Under the pieces are notes generated by a model. That model was not told the DNA's origin, ran no database searches, and saw only the letters and a program-made list of their open reading frames with translations. Both the position numbers and the translations under genes were made by a program. A stretch of DNA of 64,000 nucleotides from Vicugna vicugna (taxonomy: Eukaryota), in the NCBI GenBank assembly GCA_013265495.1, contig MU057744.1, positions 2,803,370 through 2,867,369 on the forward strand, read 5' to 3'. This document shows positions 27,241 to 40,500 of this stretch, one piece after another; within the stretch, counting starts at the first letter, position 1; each line of letters begins with the position of its first letter.

Positions 27241-28329
27241 GATCCTTCCTCCTCCCCGCATTTTCAAATGCAGCATCTGAATATTAGCATTACACACTTA
27301 AAATACATTACCATGTGGTAAATGCACTGTGGGGAGGTTGGGGTTGACATGGCTAACTGGTGTACCATTTCTTCACGCTGAAACAAACACCTTCTGTGCC
27401 CGTGTCACAGAGTTCACAAGTGTGATGTACGCGTATTGGTGAACTGTTTTCCTCGTTTGACCCGCTGTGGCCCTTTTCCGTGGTGCTCTGCTGCGTTCAC
27501 TGCTGCTCATGATGCCACGCAGGACCTTTTACGTGGATCTGCCATCACAGTCACCTTTCCCAGCTGTTAAACACACGGCGAGTGTCTTCCCCCATAACCT
27601 TACCATTATTAACAATATGACTGGCGTTGTGGGTTTGTGCGTGCTCTGTGCGAAGTACAGTCATTGCGTCATTTAAATGTTTGCTCAGGAGCATTCTCAC
27701 GAGTGGTCTATGGCGACTCACACGTGCTGACTCTCTGCCTCACGGGGCGCTCTCCCAGTTGGGGCCCTGGTTGCACACAATGGAGAGAACTAATACGTAG
27801 TTGCTATTTAAGTTTGAGAAAAGACGCCCTACAACTTAATGGCTTTTCCAAAATTACAAAATGCCTCTGTGCTAAGCCCACAGAAGCAGCGAGCGAGATC
27901 GAGGAGTTCACCTACGTGATGTCTCAGGCCTCAGTCGTCCAGACGAGGACGCCAAGTTCTCAGGAGACTGACCAGGGTCACCTGAGGTCGCGCTTCCTGG
28001 CGTTGGGCCTTCAGAGCAGTTCCCAGGGCGGGGGGTCAAAGAAAAGCGGTGAGATGCCCGCTCTCGTGGGCTCTGAACGGATCTGTTTTCATTCTGTTAA
28101 AAGCCCTCCTTTGATTCTGAAACCGGCTATTCGGAAGGCCGTGGTGCTCAGGCATCTGCTAACACGTTTATTATGTATATAAAGAAATAATCAAAGAAGG
28201 TAAGAGAGAAAAAACTGACACCAAGTTCGGAGCTTGGCCTTAGTTTAGGCTCACAGTCAAGTTCAGTAGTTTCCTTCCCTAATGAGTCTGAGACAGACTC
28301 AACACACTTATTTACTGTTCTTGTTTTTA

Positions 28330-28960
28330 AAGGCAGTAAGATTTCTGGTTTTTTTACATAAAAGTAACACATGTCAGTTGTAAAACTGTTCAGCACCATG
28401 AAAAGGTATGAAGTGAAAAGCAAAGTCCCCGTCCCTGCCACCCCAGGGCAGTCCCCGCACGTGGCCTCAGGGCCTGGTGTGGCTCTTCCCCTTCTGGGCG
28501 TTTTTCCTGGGTGTTTAAGCCCAAATCAGTGCTTGAGTTTCCTCACGTGAATGTCAAAGACTCACCACTGTCCTGTCCGCAGCTCCCTTCCCGCTTGATA
28601 CCACAGGCTTCATTCCAGCGTCTGCACACACTGAGCTCTGTTTTTTGATTGTCACATAACGTTTCATTACACAGATACATCAGACACTTAAAAATCAGTG
28701 CCCTCCAGCCGCGTATTTGAAGATTTGTCCTACTTTTGTGCTGTTACAAACAACGCTTCAGTGAACATCAGTTCGGACATTTAGTGTTTCTTCTTTCTAC
28801 TGGTGCTAAGTCTAAGATAAATTTTGTTTAGGGTAAACTATCTAGCGGTCACAATGTGTATTCATTTAAAACTGCCATTCAAAAAAACCTTCCCCTTCCA
28901 GTAGAATATAAGTGTAATTTCTCTCATCTTTACCAGTACAGAATACTGTCTGTCAGTGTC
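28330..28960 (-). mobile_element. Old L1ME-like 3' fragment
   Basis: 'tgctgttacaaacaacgcttcagtgaacatc' and 'tcatcttaccagtac'-like L1 3' motifs. Confidence 0.55.
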
Positions 28961-29009
28961 TTCAGTATTTCTTATTACAGTAGATAAAATGTAACACCAC
29001 AGTAACAGA

Positions 29010-29190
29010 TGATGTATTTATGTGGTGCTGGCTGCAGCTAAACATCTCATGAATACTTATAAAGGCTAACTTATTTAATCCCGGAAACAACCCTATGAAT
29101 TGCTGCTGTCCCCATTTTTCAGATGAGGAAACTGAGGCACAGAAAGGTTAAGTGATGGGTCATAAGACCAGCCAGATTTTAGAGCTGAGT
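29010..29190. mobile_element. MIR SINE
   Basis: Near-consensus core 'ccccatttttcagatgaggaaactgaggcacagaaaggttaagtga'. Confidence 0.85.
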
Positions 29191-30532
29191 TTTGTACACA
29201 CATTTTCTGATTTTGAAAAAAAAAAGCACTATAGCTATTTCGAGTTTCATACACTTTAGGGTAATATTCGATATTCTGTAAGTTTTATGAGGTTCAGTAC
29301 GTATGAGTTTATTCACAAAACTTTACGTCTATTTCTTTCTTCAAAATTCAAGGTCATGCCCTTGCCTGGCTTTCTATTGTTATGTATCAGAACCGTTTGT
29401 AACAAAGGAGGTTAGAATGTATGCTCCCGTTGTGTTGTATCTCTTTTGCAGTTTTTTAAGCTAATTTTCTGCAACACAGTCATTTTAATCTTATTTATCA
29501 GTCTTTTTATTTGGGCATCTGGCTATGGTTTTACATTATAAATATATTTACTTATATTTTCTTTTAATATTTTAGAATAATTTCTAACTTGACTATAAGT
29601 AGACATTAAAACACGTATTTGTGTATTTTAATTTCTATTAAAATTATTTTAAAATATATTAGAAAATATTATTATGGCCAAATATTGGTGCTAAGACCAA
29701 AAAGAGAATTTGATGTAAAGTGAGTAATATTCCAGTAGTAAATTCAGTATAACTTCAAGCTGATTTAATTTAACCATGTGAGGAATATTACTGAGAAATA
29801 AAATGAAAAGAAAATACACAACGTCATCCAAGCTTCACGGAGAGGCAGCATCATAGGCTTTTATTCTCTCCTTTTCTCCCACAGACTGTCTAATGTTTTG
29901 AAATTCTTTTGACTGGACCATCCATTCTGCATTGTAATACTGTCCAGGAAGCAAAGAGATTGTCTTCCTTAGCGTATAGCAAGAGCCATAGAAATATATG
30001 TACTTCTTCTCTCACACATGAGGCTAAAATGACCCGTTTTTTCCTGAAAATGTCTGGATAGGAGGAAAAGAGTTGTGTAATTTTCTTATTACTCTTCTGT
30101 GGTCCCTTAAATTAAAAGTCTGATTCTGCATATTTTTAAACAGAAAATATTCTTTCCTGGGAAGGAAAACACAGCTAGCTAGTAAATAGCCGCATAAGGT
30201 GATGTCAGAGCCGCCTGGCGGGTGAGGAATGCAGTGGGGGGTCGGAGCGGAGACGCCAGCAGGCGGCGTGTCAGGACGGCACGTCAGCCCCGCCCCGGGC
30301 CGGCCTAGCGCACCGGTGCAGGGGCTTAGAACAGCGCAGTGTGGCTTCCCGCGTCGCTCAGGGCCACGTTCTGTGGGAGAAGTCCACGTTTGCAGGGAGC
30401 AGGGAGCGGCTTTCTCACCCTCAGCTCAGAGCAGTGACTCTGCTGACAGTGAGGAGTTGTGTCATTCTTACGGAGTGTTCCCGAGGAATGCCAGGACCTT
30501 CCAATAACAGGGGGTGCATCCTCGCTCTAACA

Positions 30533-30910
30533 CGTTGTGCACACACACGCGCATACGTACACGGATGTATGTTGTGCACGTGCATGCACACACGTGCACG
30601 GATACTGTTGTACACGTACACACAGGTACATGGGTACATGCACACATACATGTACACATATACACAGATACTGTTGTACATGCGCACATACACACGCGCA
30701 CATACACGCATACGTACACGGATACAGTTGTGCACACATGCACACATGTACATGGATACAGTTGTACACATACATGCACATATGTACACGGGTACTGTTG
30801 TACAGATACACACGTACACATACATGCACATACACGGGTACATGCTGTACACATACACAGGTACATGGGTACTGTTGCACACATACATACACATATGTAC
30901 ACATATGTGT
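30533..30910. repeat. Alternating purine-pyrimidine (CA/TA/CG) cryptic minisatellite
   Basis: About 380 bp of (RY)n sequence punctuated by a recurring g(a/g)tac(t/a)gttg motif. Confidence 0.9.
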
Positions 30911-32471
30911 GAAAGATCAGAAAATTTAGTGAAATAAAGTGAAGCAAGTATTAGTGCAGTCACTGCATTGTGTTTTCCCACTTAATGTTTTTTGCATCTG
31001 ACCAGATGGTTAAAAGTTCTTTTACAGTTAATACTATCACTGGAAAGAACCGTGAGTCTTTGGATTTACCTATCTTACAAGAAAAACACTCGGAAGTTAG
31101 AAACCGAGATCTCCTGGCTTTAGGCTAATCCACGTCAACGTGATAACAGACGTTCTAGGACAGCAAAGTAGCAGTTGCTTATTTGGCCAAGACAGCGAAA
31201 AACGTGGCAGATTTCAAATCCCTCACATATGTCTTCCTTCATTAAAATGTAGCTGCTTTGAGTCTGAAGTCCCCTGGAACTGTGTGCCTCAGTCATTTAA
31301 GTCAACCTGACTTGTGCTCAGAATTAGTCACGTGCCAGTGGGTCTGCTGGGGTTCACTCGTGGGAGGGTACGCCACCCTCCTAGACACAGGGAAGTCCTG
31401 CTCCCTTCTCCAGGTGTCCCACGGGGCACACTTGCCCCCCAGGAATGGCATATACCGTCTCCGAAGGCTCACGAACATGGGCACGCCTACGAGTGAGACA
31501 GGGAAAACTACACGATTAGTCATTGTCTTGAAACCATACTCCCTCACACGCATTTTAAAGATTTTCTTTTCTTACCCAAATTCACCGCAAGTTGTGAGAA
31601 ATGAAAAAAACAATCAGAAATAAGCAGAAACCAAATCACAGGCACATGCCCCTGAGCCAGACTGACTAAAGCGACCTTGCAGACTGGTTGAACTAATCAG
31701 AGCGCACTCACCGGCCTGAGGCCCAGACCTCAGGGAGTGTTTGTTCTGGGGTATACGATTTGCTTTGGCTTAGAAGTGTCCTTGCCTGCAGTGACTCTCA
31801 CAGCGATTAGCCTGCATCACTGCTCAGTCTCTCTGGAGTCTGGACATGACCAGTTCCTGGGAGGCGTGGAATGCAGACTTAGATGGAAGCAGTCTTTAGG
31901 ATGGAGCAAAAGTTTCTGAAAATGGAGGAATCAATTGCAGACTGAAGCTATCATGCAAGTTGCTGTGACATGTACCTTGTATGTGATCCAACCCTCACAC
32001 CTGAAAGATCGGAACACTTAATAATTAAAATCTTCCTGTTAGAGCAGGCAGACAGCCAGATGTGAACAGAGAAGGGGGGCACGGGCCAAGTACAGAAAAG
32101 CATGGTCTTGTGAACAACGGGGGTCCCTGGGCAGACAGAGTAAAGCTGGAACCTCTGGGCTGATGGGAAATCACATATTTTGGGGTGACAAGGGTCCCAG
32201 AGGCTGACAAAGAAAGATGAGAAAAGGCAGGGCTCTCCAGTGTCTGAATGTAACCTCTTGCTCATTGTGCCCTCATTTCAGTAAAATCAGCCTTGCAGAT
32301 GAGAAGTGCCCGTCATGCACGGAGGCCAGGACACTTCCGATCCAGACTAAACGAGGACAAAAATCCCGCCTCCTCTCGGGAAGTGGAGCTGGGCTGGACA
32401 TCAGGGAATGTGACCCCAGAGCCCTCCCTCCGCAGTGAATAATACTGCCATTCATTTTTACACCCCGCATG

Positions 32472-32531
32472 ACCTGCTTGCAAAAGAAACGCAGGGCACC
32501 TGCTCGCCAAAGAAACGCAGGGCACCTGCTC
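32472..32531. repeat. 26-bp tandem duplication (~2.3 copies)
   Basis: acctgcttgcaaaagaaacgcagggc / acctgctcgccaaagaaacgcagggc / acctgctc. Confidence 0.9.
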
Positions 32532-33089
32532 CCCTGAGCCTGTCCGCCCTCCCCTTGAGAGCGTAGTGTCTGCCCCTCAGCAGATCCCCACTTGACTTTC
32601 TTAACCTCCCTGTCTCGTCTCTGGATTCTCTCTGCAGTGAGACAAGAACCTAGTGACCGGCAGCCTTCTCAGTCCAGGTCGCTGTAGGCTTCTGTTCACA
32701 GTTGCAGCGTGGCCATGAGACCAGGCGGCGCCCTCAGACGGCCCTCTCTGCCCCGTCGTGCCAAGGCAGCCCTCCTTCCTCCTGGCCAGGGCCGTCACCG
32801 CTGGTGGTGCGGCATTTCCCCTCTTCATCGGCTGGCTCCTGGACACCAGGTGTCCCACACTCCCGAGGGCAGCCCCGGCTCACTGGGGCTCTGCTGTGTC
32901 CCCTGGCAAGGGAGGTCTCGCCGGGGAACCGGGCCCCTGGGTCTTCAGAGCTCGGTGTTGCAGGCCCGGGGAGCACGGAGTCCCCCGGCCGGTCAGCGGG
33001 AAGAATGGTGAGCATCACTCCTGCTGCTCCTTGGTTCCTGGGCCGACCTGTTCTTATTGGAAAAAGAAGTGCTGCATGAGTGCTTTTTA

Positions 33090-34100
33090 ACAGGAAAAGC
33101 CACTCGTCCTGAAGCCTGGGCCCCGGGCTCTCAGCGCACGTCGTCCTCCGTCCTGGCACCCGACCGCTCTGAGGGACCGGCCCCGCGGCGGTGGGCTGCA
33201 CCTCCGTCCCCGGACAGAGCCCGCGGTGGGGGCCCCGCGCCAGCAGCGGCGATGGCGCGGAGAGGGCGAGTCCGCCCAGGGCAGGGTCTGTCCCTGCGTG
33301 GCGACCTCCAGCACTTTCAGGACGGAAGAGGCCCGCTGTGTGTCGCTGGCTGGCTTTCCTGAAGAGCGGCGCCTTCCCGGGATTTCAGAGCTGGTTTTGC
33401 TGCAGGAGCAGCAGGATCCGTGTTTTGAAAAGTGGGGCTCCGCCCTGTGAGGTCCACGCGCCGGCTTCGTTCCTGCCCGCTCCTGCTCCGTCCGCGAGGC
33501 GGTCGTGGACTTGGGTCGAGGCCCTGTGGCGGAGGCGGGCGGACGCCGCGGGCGAGCCGGCTCCTCTTTGGGGTGTCACCGCTCTTCCGCGAGGGGTCCC
33601 GGGCTTTGACGGGACGCCTCTCCTGCCCGCGCTCGCGCGCCCTCCGGGCCTCTGCGCCGCGCGCCCTCGCTCCCTGGCGGCCGGCTCTGTGTCCCGGGCC
33701 AGCGGCACACAGCCTTCCCGTCCAGGCGGACGTGGAGCGGCACCTCCCCGGCGGTTCGCCATGCTCGCCTTTACGAATTGCAATTACTGTGAAGCCACCT
33801 GCGGCGCGCCTTCGTCCCAGCGAGACATCCCTCCCCGCGGGCCCCCCAGCCCGGTTCCTCTCACCGCCGTCTGCCAGGGCGGCGCGGCTTTTCTCTCCCC
33901 TGAGAGTCGGCCGTAAACGTGTGCGGCTCCCCACGCCACGTGGCTGGGAGCCCCCTTCGCGGGGACGCGCCTCCCGGCCGGTGCGTCCTGCTGCCCGGCA
34001 TGCCCGCCCAGCCCAGCCAGCCGGGCCTGCGGTGGCTCACGCTGGGGCTGCGGGCAGCTTCCCGGACTCCTTACGCGTCCTCTCGCTTGAGTCGTCTCAG
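33090..34100. promoter_or_regulatory. CpG island (~1 kb) with no identifiable coding exon
   Basis: Very high GC and CpG density. The overlapping Pro/Arg/Ala/Gly-rich ORFs on both strands reflect composition. Confidence 0.75.
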
Positions 34101-35250
34101 CCTGAAGGAGCAAACGTCTTTCAAGCTGAGTGTTAAGAGTGACGGACAACATCTTCCACCCTCCCCTGGAAGTCCCCGACCCACATGAGTTACACCGCGG
34201 TTCTAACGGACAGAGAAGACACGTCGGCTCAAGCCCCTTTATAAATAGGCTTATACAGGTGATGTCACAACCGCGAGAAGGAGACAACAGGGGGTAACCT
34301 GCAGGTCCACGTCACTTACAACCATAGGTTTTAAAATATTAAATGAAACGTTTTTAAAGTTACCTATCACACAGGAGTTTTTAATCAAGATATGTACTGG
34401 ATTTTACCTGTGTGGTGTGTGTGTTGAGCAGGTCACATGACAGTTAATTTCTTTTGTTAATTCACGTGGAAAATCACACTCAGACTGTCGGCATTGCTGG
34501 GCTATGCATTTTTCAGAGAACGCTTGCAGAGATCCAAAAAGAGACGTGAGACACGGACATAAAATCTGTCACTCCGCTTTTGTGTGCGAAGCAGTGGTGA
34601 CTGGCCTCCACAGCTGGAAAAGCTGGTAAGTAAGATACGGTGGGTGCGTGCAAGGAGAGGGCGTGGAGCATCGCGCCCGACGGCGCACAGCGTCGTGGGC
34701 GGGACGGCAGCACGCGGCGCGGAGGGTGGAAGCTGCAGAACGGAGTGCGTAGCGCGGGTCCGTCCTGCGTGCTGCCCGCGGGTAAGTGAGCGACGCCGCG
34801 TGTGCGAGCCGTGTGTGTGTGAGGGCACCGCAGTGTGCGAGTGTGGCGAACAGACTGCACGCTGGGCCGCTGCCCTCCCCCGTGTGCGCAGAGTGCGCAG
34901 CGCACGCCGCAGTCTAGTCTCCTGCGTCTTGGGGGAGGATGGGAGTTAGTTCAAGAAAAAAGGAAAAAAACAATAAGCAAGGGAAAAATAAACATAAAAT
35001 CATTTATTCAAACTAATGAGATGGTGTCCTCCGAACGGAGGAGTGTGCCAACTCAAATATACGCACTTGGGGAACAAGTTTTAAAATAAAAATGAAGTGG
35101 GAAGAAGTGTCCTTTCAACCTGTCCCCTATTTTCCGCAGACCGTTACAGGTGCCTTGTACTAGATACCCCTGAATTTCTGTTTGTTCAGCCTCCGTATTA
35201 TGTTCTTTGGAAACGAGGTCACGTTCTAAATGTGAATTTCAGTCAGGTGC

Positions 35251-35632
35251 CGAGATGGGTAGTCATGTGACGGTGTGGCTGCGCAGCGGTAGCCAGCGAT
35301 TGAGACGCGGGTCCGGGCGCCGCTGGGGAGGCCGTTTGCGGGAGGGGTTGGCGTCTGCAGCCAGCTGACGCCGCGCAGGGGGCTGTGCGCAGCGACGAGG
35401 GTGAGCTCGTCTGGCCGCTTGTCAGACCAGAACCGAAGGTTCCCTGAGGAGGAGGGAGTTCTTCTTAGCTGCGTTCCCCGCTCCTGCCCCCAAGTTCCCA
35501 GCCTGTCCTCCTGCCTGTGGACCTCAGACTTGCCCAGCCAGACCCCAAAATCACAGGGGCCAATCCCGCGGAAAAAAATCTGTGTGTGTGTATGTGCAGT
35601 TCTGTTTCTCTGGTAGAACTCGGACTGAGACA
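35251..35632 (+). mobile_element. MLT2 (ERVL) solo LTR with a GC-rewritten 5' half
   Basis: The 3' end 'gttctgtttctctggtagaactcggactgagaca' and internal 'aggttccctgaggaggagggagttct' and 'cagacttgcccagcc' match MLT2C/D. Confidence 0.8.
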
Positions 35633-38249
35633 ACCTTCAGACCTTGTCTGTCGAAGACAGACATCAAAACCACAAACAGGACGATCCCCCTCTCAATGTT
35701 AGCAGTGCGCTTGGGTTAAAGTGGCACAAACCCTCAAAATCAGACCGGCTCTTTGGGTGGTTTTCCTCGATTGTGAATCAGCTCTGTTCTGAATTTCTGA
35801 CACTGCTGCAGAAAGGTGGCTTTACGCAGGAGGCTGTGTTCAGAGATTTTCCCTGTGTTCTGATGATCTCCCGTTTCGTCCTCTTGGGAGCCAGATGGTT
35901 GGCATGAATCTCCACAAGTGCAAACATGTAGATCATCGATGATCATCGTAGGCAGACAGTTGATAAGCTTATATGGGAACAATGGTTTCTCACCAACAAC
36001 AAAACTTTTCCCAGTTTTTATTTAATTTTGGACTGCTTACTTTGACGTGAAACGCATCTTAGTAACAATGACGCATTCACTTTAGCAGGCTACACTTCTA
36101 CATACACTGCAAACCCTTGCTTTCCTTTACCTCAAAGCAGTCAGTCAATTCTCTCAGCAAATAATTCCTTCTCTGCCGCTCCCTGGGGAGACTGCACCAA
36201 CCTGCCAATTGTTTATTCTTTTGAAACGTCAGTTTCCTGTTTGAATATTTAAGCCAAGGGAGAGTGGGGAGGTGGTCCGGGAAAAGACAGGCATTGCCTA
36301 ACCTGGTGAAAACAAAAGCAAGTGAGTGATCTGAGAATTCTGTCGAAGCAGGATGTGCACTTTTGCAAAGGGCTTTCCCTTCAGAGACCCGCCTCCTCTC
36401 AGCTGTGGCCTGTGTGTCACTAGCTCAGTGACTCTGGGCTTTACCTGACGGCGCTCGCCGGGCCCCTCGGCGTCATCTGCGTCAGCTGTGACCCTGGCCC
36501 TGGAGGATGGCGCTCTCTGTTTCTCTCCGTACTTTGATCTCTCCTCCACTCTTCCAGTGAAAAGGCAGTCCAGCCGGCCTGCCTCGAAGGCCCCACTGGA
36601 CCTCTTTCTGCTTCAGACACTTGAACCTTCAGTTATTCTCTCTGACAGAGAAGCAGATGTGTTTGCCCTCAAGATCACACACTCTGGAGCAGAATGTTTT
36701 GAATGCACGCTCATGTCTGTACATACCTGTGTGTCACCGCTCCTTGAAATGTGGGTATAGGGGCAGCTGAAATGCAGACAACCTTTAGAACAGTGACACA
36801 AGTGAGACCCTCTCTTCCCCAGATCAGATAGTCCCTCAGAAGGAAAGCTGAAGGCCCTTACTAGCTTTGTGGTCTTGCACACAGAATTTAACTCTGAGCG
36901 ACATCAATGAAACGCAAATGACGTGTAACTTGCAGAGCAGGCTGGCGAGTGTGTGCGTGGAGTGCCTGGCACCCGCGGGTGCTCAGTGAGAGAGCTGCTA
37001 CCGTCGTGAGCTTTCCCTCCAGAAATGACCGGAGGACATCATCGCCCTTCACTCTCTCTTCTCTGAGCCGCAGCCCGGGGTCTCAGGATGGGCGGAGAAG
37101 CCTCGACTCTTTCCTGCCCTAGATGGGCACCCGTCAGGTTAGAGTAGCTGTGCTTCCTGCGACTTGCCCCAGTGTTGTCCTAGAGCATCAGGACAGGCAC
37201 ATCGTCACTGCCTTCCCCGAGAGCCTCATTCCACGTGGACTTTGATGTCACGAACTGTCCGTGCACGCAGGCAAATTCGGCAGTCCACTTTGTCCTAAGG
37301 TATATTGTTGGCAGTTCTCTTCCAAGATTTTGAAGCTGATACAGCTGGAGAGGTCAGCTTGAGACCAGCTGGATCCCACATACCCAGCAGCCTACGTTCG
37401 GAACCCTCTATTTGGAGGTTTTGCCTTTTCATTTTTCTCATGGAGTGGGAAGCTCACTGTGCCGTGGAGCTTACGCTGATTTTTCATGATCCAGCTGAGA
37501 GTGCTGCCCACGTGGCCCGGAGAGCCAGCCAGCCGTCAGAGTCAGGAGTCGGGGGTGAAATGAGGTGCAGCTGGACCAGACACCACACAGGAGTGGCCGT
37601 CCGGGCGCCTGCGGCCCAGGCCGCGCCCATGCTGCCTAGAGGGGAGGCGCCCAGCCGCGGGGGTCGGGGCCGCGCTGCGTCTGTGGAGGCGCCTGCCCTC
37701 TAGGCCCCCGGCCGTGACAGCTCGGCTGGAAGGACTGTGAGCAGACGCCCAGCCCCTCCATTCTGGGTCGTTCCAGCTGATTCTCTCACGGGGACAACAG
37801 GGACTGAGGGAGCTAACTGCAGTGAAGACCAAGTGGTGGGGTGCTATAGGACTAGTTCTGGGGGCCGCCGGGTGCGGCGGCGCAGCCAGGAGGGGCGGCT
37901 CCCACAGTAGATTTGAAACAAAAATGAGCCCCCTTCACGTCCGTGTCCCCCAGGTCCTGAGGTGCCTCCATGAGCCACCGGTCACAGAACCGTGGTCACT
38001 GCCCCAATGAGCCCTGTGTGCCAGTGCAGTTAATGCTTAAATGAGGGATCCAGAAACGTTAGCAAATTATTATTACATTTATATAAAATAGGCTTAAGAC
38101 ATAGGGCGAGATGGAAATACATTAATGCTCTTAAAGAAGTTACATTTGGCCGTAAGGGATTTATATGCTATTTTTTTCTTTTCTCCATTAACCTCATATT
38201 CTGTGACTTGGTTACAATCTAATTTTATAAATAATAATCCTGTCTCTCA

Positions 38250-39030
38250 CCCGAGCCACCATCTGACTGCACAGAACCTTTATCCTCACTGTCTTGTCCG
38301 GCCCCGTGTCCTGCTCTCTCTCCCGCTCCGCGTCTCAGCTGCCGCTCAGCCTCCTCCCGGCCTTGCCTTTGCGCGTGAACAGAGCCTCCCCTTCCTCAGG
38401 GAAACCTCGGCCTCCTCGAGTTCATCTCACGCCCAGCCACAGCAGTGCTGCGTGTGAAACACAAGCTGGCCTGTCCACACTCCCTTCACGTCGGCCATGG
38501 CTCTCCGCCGCCCAGCAGTGAAGAAGTTACTGCTGTGTTTGGAGTCTGATCTCGCTCTTGCTCCCAGTGTCTCTTTCCCTCTCATCCCCTTGATCTCTGC
38601 TGCCTGCCTCTCTCGTCTCACCTCTCACCTCGTCTTTCTCCGAAGCCTGTGCTCCAAGAGCACTGGGCCGATCATTACTTGCCTCCAAATGTCGTTGGCC
38701 TCTTTGCTCTTCTTCCTCCCAAGCTCTTGAAATGCTTCCCCCTCCGCTGGGAGTGTCATGACCCTTCTCTGCCTCTGCTGAGATTTCTGCCTTCTTGCCG
38801 AGACCTGAGCTCACCCAGGAGCAGAGCAGGAGTCTCGGTGGATCAAGGGCTCTTTCTTTGTGCTGCTGTTTCCTCATTAAAATCATTAGAGAACTCTAGC
38901 TCTTGTTTATCCCTCTGCTCCACTGACCACGATCAGCTTGACAGCAGAGGCTCGGTGGCACTCATCTCTGATTGGCAGTGTTTAGAATATTGTCTGGCAA
39001 ACGATACCAGTTTGGCCATTTGGAAGAGTT
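38250..39030 (+). mobile_element. LINE-2 fragment
   Basis: Pyrimidine-rich L2 body ending in 'cttgacagcagaggctc...agtgtttagaatattgtctggca'. Confidence 0.55.
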
Positions 39031-39786
39031 ACATCTATAAATAATACTTGTAAGATACATTTAATCAAACTACTGTACACTTACTTACGAATACTATCAG
39101 AAGCCCCGATCTTTATTCATTATCCAGAACAGAGATCACAGTAAATTTGGACAGAGGGAAGCATGGACTGATTACAACATGCCTTCGTGGGTCACACTGG
39201 AAACACCACTGAGAGAGGAGATGCCACGTGTCTGTTCTGGTCCATTCTGTGGCCTAAGCTGGTCCCATTCACAAGCTGCCTGTACGTCCTGAGACGTGAA
39301 ACCAAGCGAAGAAGAGAAACCATCTTTTGCCCTTGGGGCAGTCCCCTCCTGACATGGCTGGTTCCACGCTCTCTCCCCTCCTGACGGAGACGACTTAGTC
39401 ACAGTAGAGAGCCTCCTGGGGCTGCCTCTCCTCGTGTAGAAGTCTGGACCAGCCACCCAGGTAGTAGTCCTGTCTTTCACGACTTTGGTCTTTCTTATTT
39501 CTTCTCTCTCCATCAAAACATACTTAAGTCGTTACTGAAGTTTGTGAACCTGTAAGTTCTTCCCTGGGAATCACGGGTCTCATGGCTTCTCTCCATGGTT
39601 TTTCCTATACCGTTCACTTTGCCATGTAATTCTTTCTCCAGCTGATGAAAAATGGTGTGTGGTATAGTTCTGGGTATAATGTAAGTGGCGCTGAGGTGGT
39701 GGCCCACCACAGCACTCCTGTGTAGATTCATTCCAGAACCGTGTTTTTAATGTTTCAGAAATCATGTTTTATGCCAACTGTTAAGA

Positions 39787-39990
39787 TCTGAGATCTGCAG
39801 ATACACACTACTATATATAAAACAGATAAACAAGTTTATACTGTAGAGCACAGGGAACTGTCTTTGATATCTTGTAGTGACTTAAAAAGAAGATGAAAAT
39901 CAATATGCGTATGTTCATGTGTGGCTGGAGCAGTGTGCTGTGCACCAGAAACTGACACAACATTGTGAACTGACTGTACCTCAGTAAGTA
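39787..39990 (+). mobile_element. Short LINE-1 3' end
   Basis: Reverse complement of the young L1 3' UTR seen elsewhere in the window ('ctgtagagcacagggaactg', 'caccagaaactgacacaacattgt'). Confidence 0.88.
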
Positions 39991-40087
39991 GACATAGACG
40001 TAGATACAGATATACCAAAGAAAAGAGAGCATTTCAGGATCCCAGACGAGCACCTGGTCAGGAGAAGCTGCCGCGTGAAGACGCGGA

Positions 40088-40500
40088 CAGCTCGGTGTGC
40101 GTTCCCCTGGGTAGTGCAGCCTGAGGCGCGGGCTGGGCTCAGGGAGCTGGTTTGCGGAGGTAATTCCAGGGGGCAGAAGTGGGGACTGGGAAGCGTGAAA
40201 CCGGGAAAGGCCGCGATTCAAGGCTGAGACGTTCACTGCGCTGGGCGGCAGGGCCGTTCCACTGGGAGTCGAAGGGGCCACGTAAAGTCGTCCTTGGGGT
40301 CAGCTCAGCCCGAGTCGGCGTGTGTTTACCCGCTGACGTCCCACCCACACTGGCCAAGGGTCGGCGCCTCCTCCGGGTTTCCCTGACCTGGGAATGCTGA
40401 GCCTTCCCTGCCAGCACCGCGTCAGGTCGGGAGAGAATCCTCATGGCAAGAGGTTAAGTGTGTCGTGCAGCTGAGACATGGCGTCTCAGGTTGCACCTGC
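40088..40500. mobile_element. Ancient ERVL-class LTR fragment (LTR16/LTR33-like)
   Basis: 'ggaggtaattccagggggcagaagtggggactgggaagcgtgaaaccgggaaagg' resembles ERVL LTR consensus. Family assignment is uncertain. Confidence 0.45.

Noticed and set aside
30341..30981. His/Thr-rich and Cys/Val/Tyr-rich ORFs
   Set aside because: Translation artefacts of the RY repeat.
33191..34136. 200-240 aa ORFs on both strands
   Set aside because: Several frames are open at once in a CpG island, giving Pro/Arg/Ala/Gly-biased peptides with no recognisable homology.
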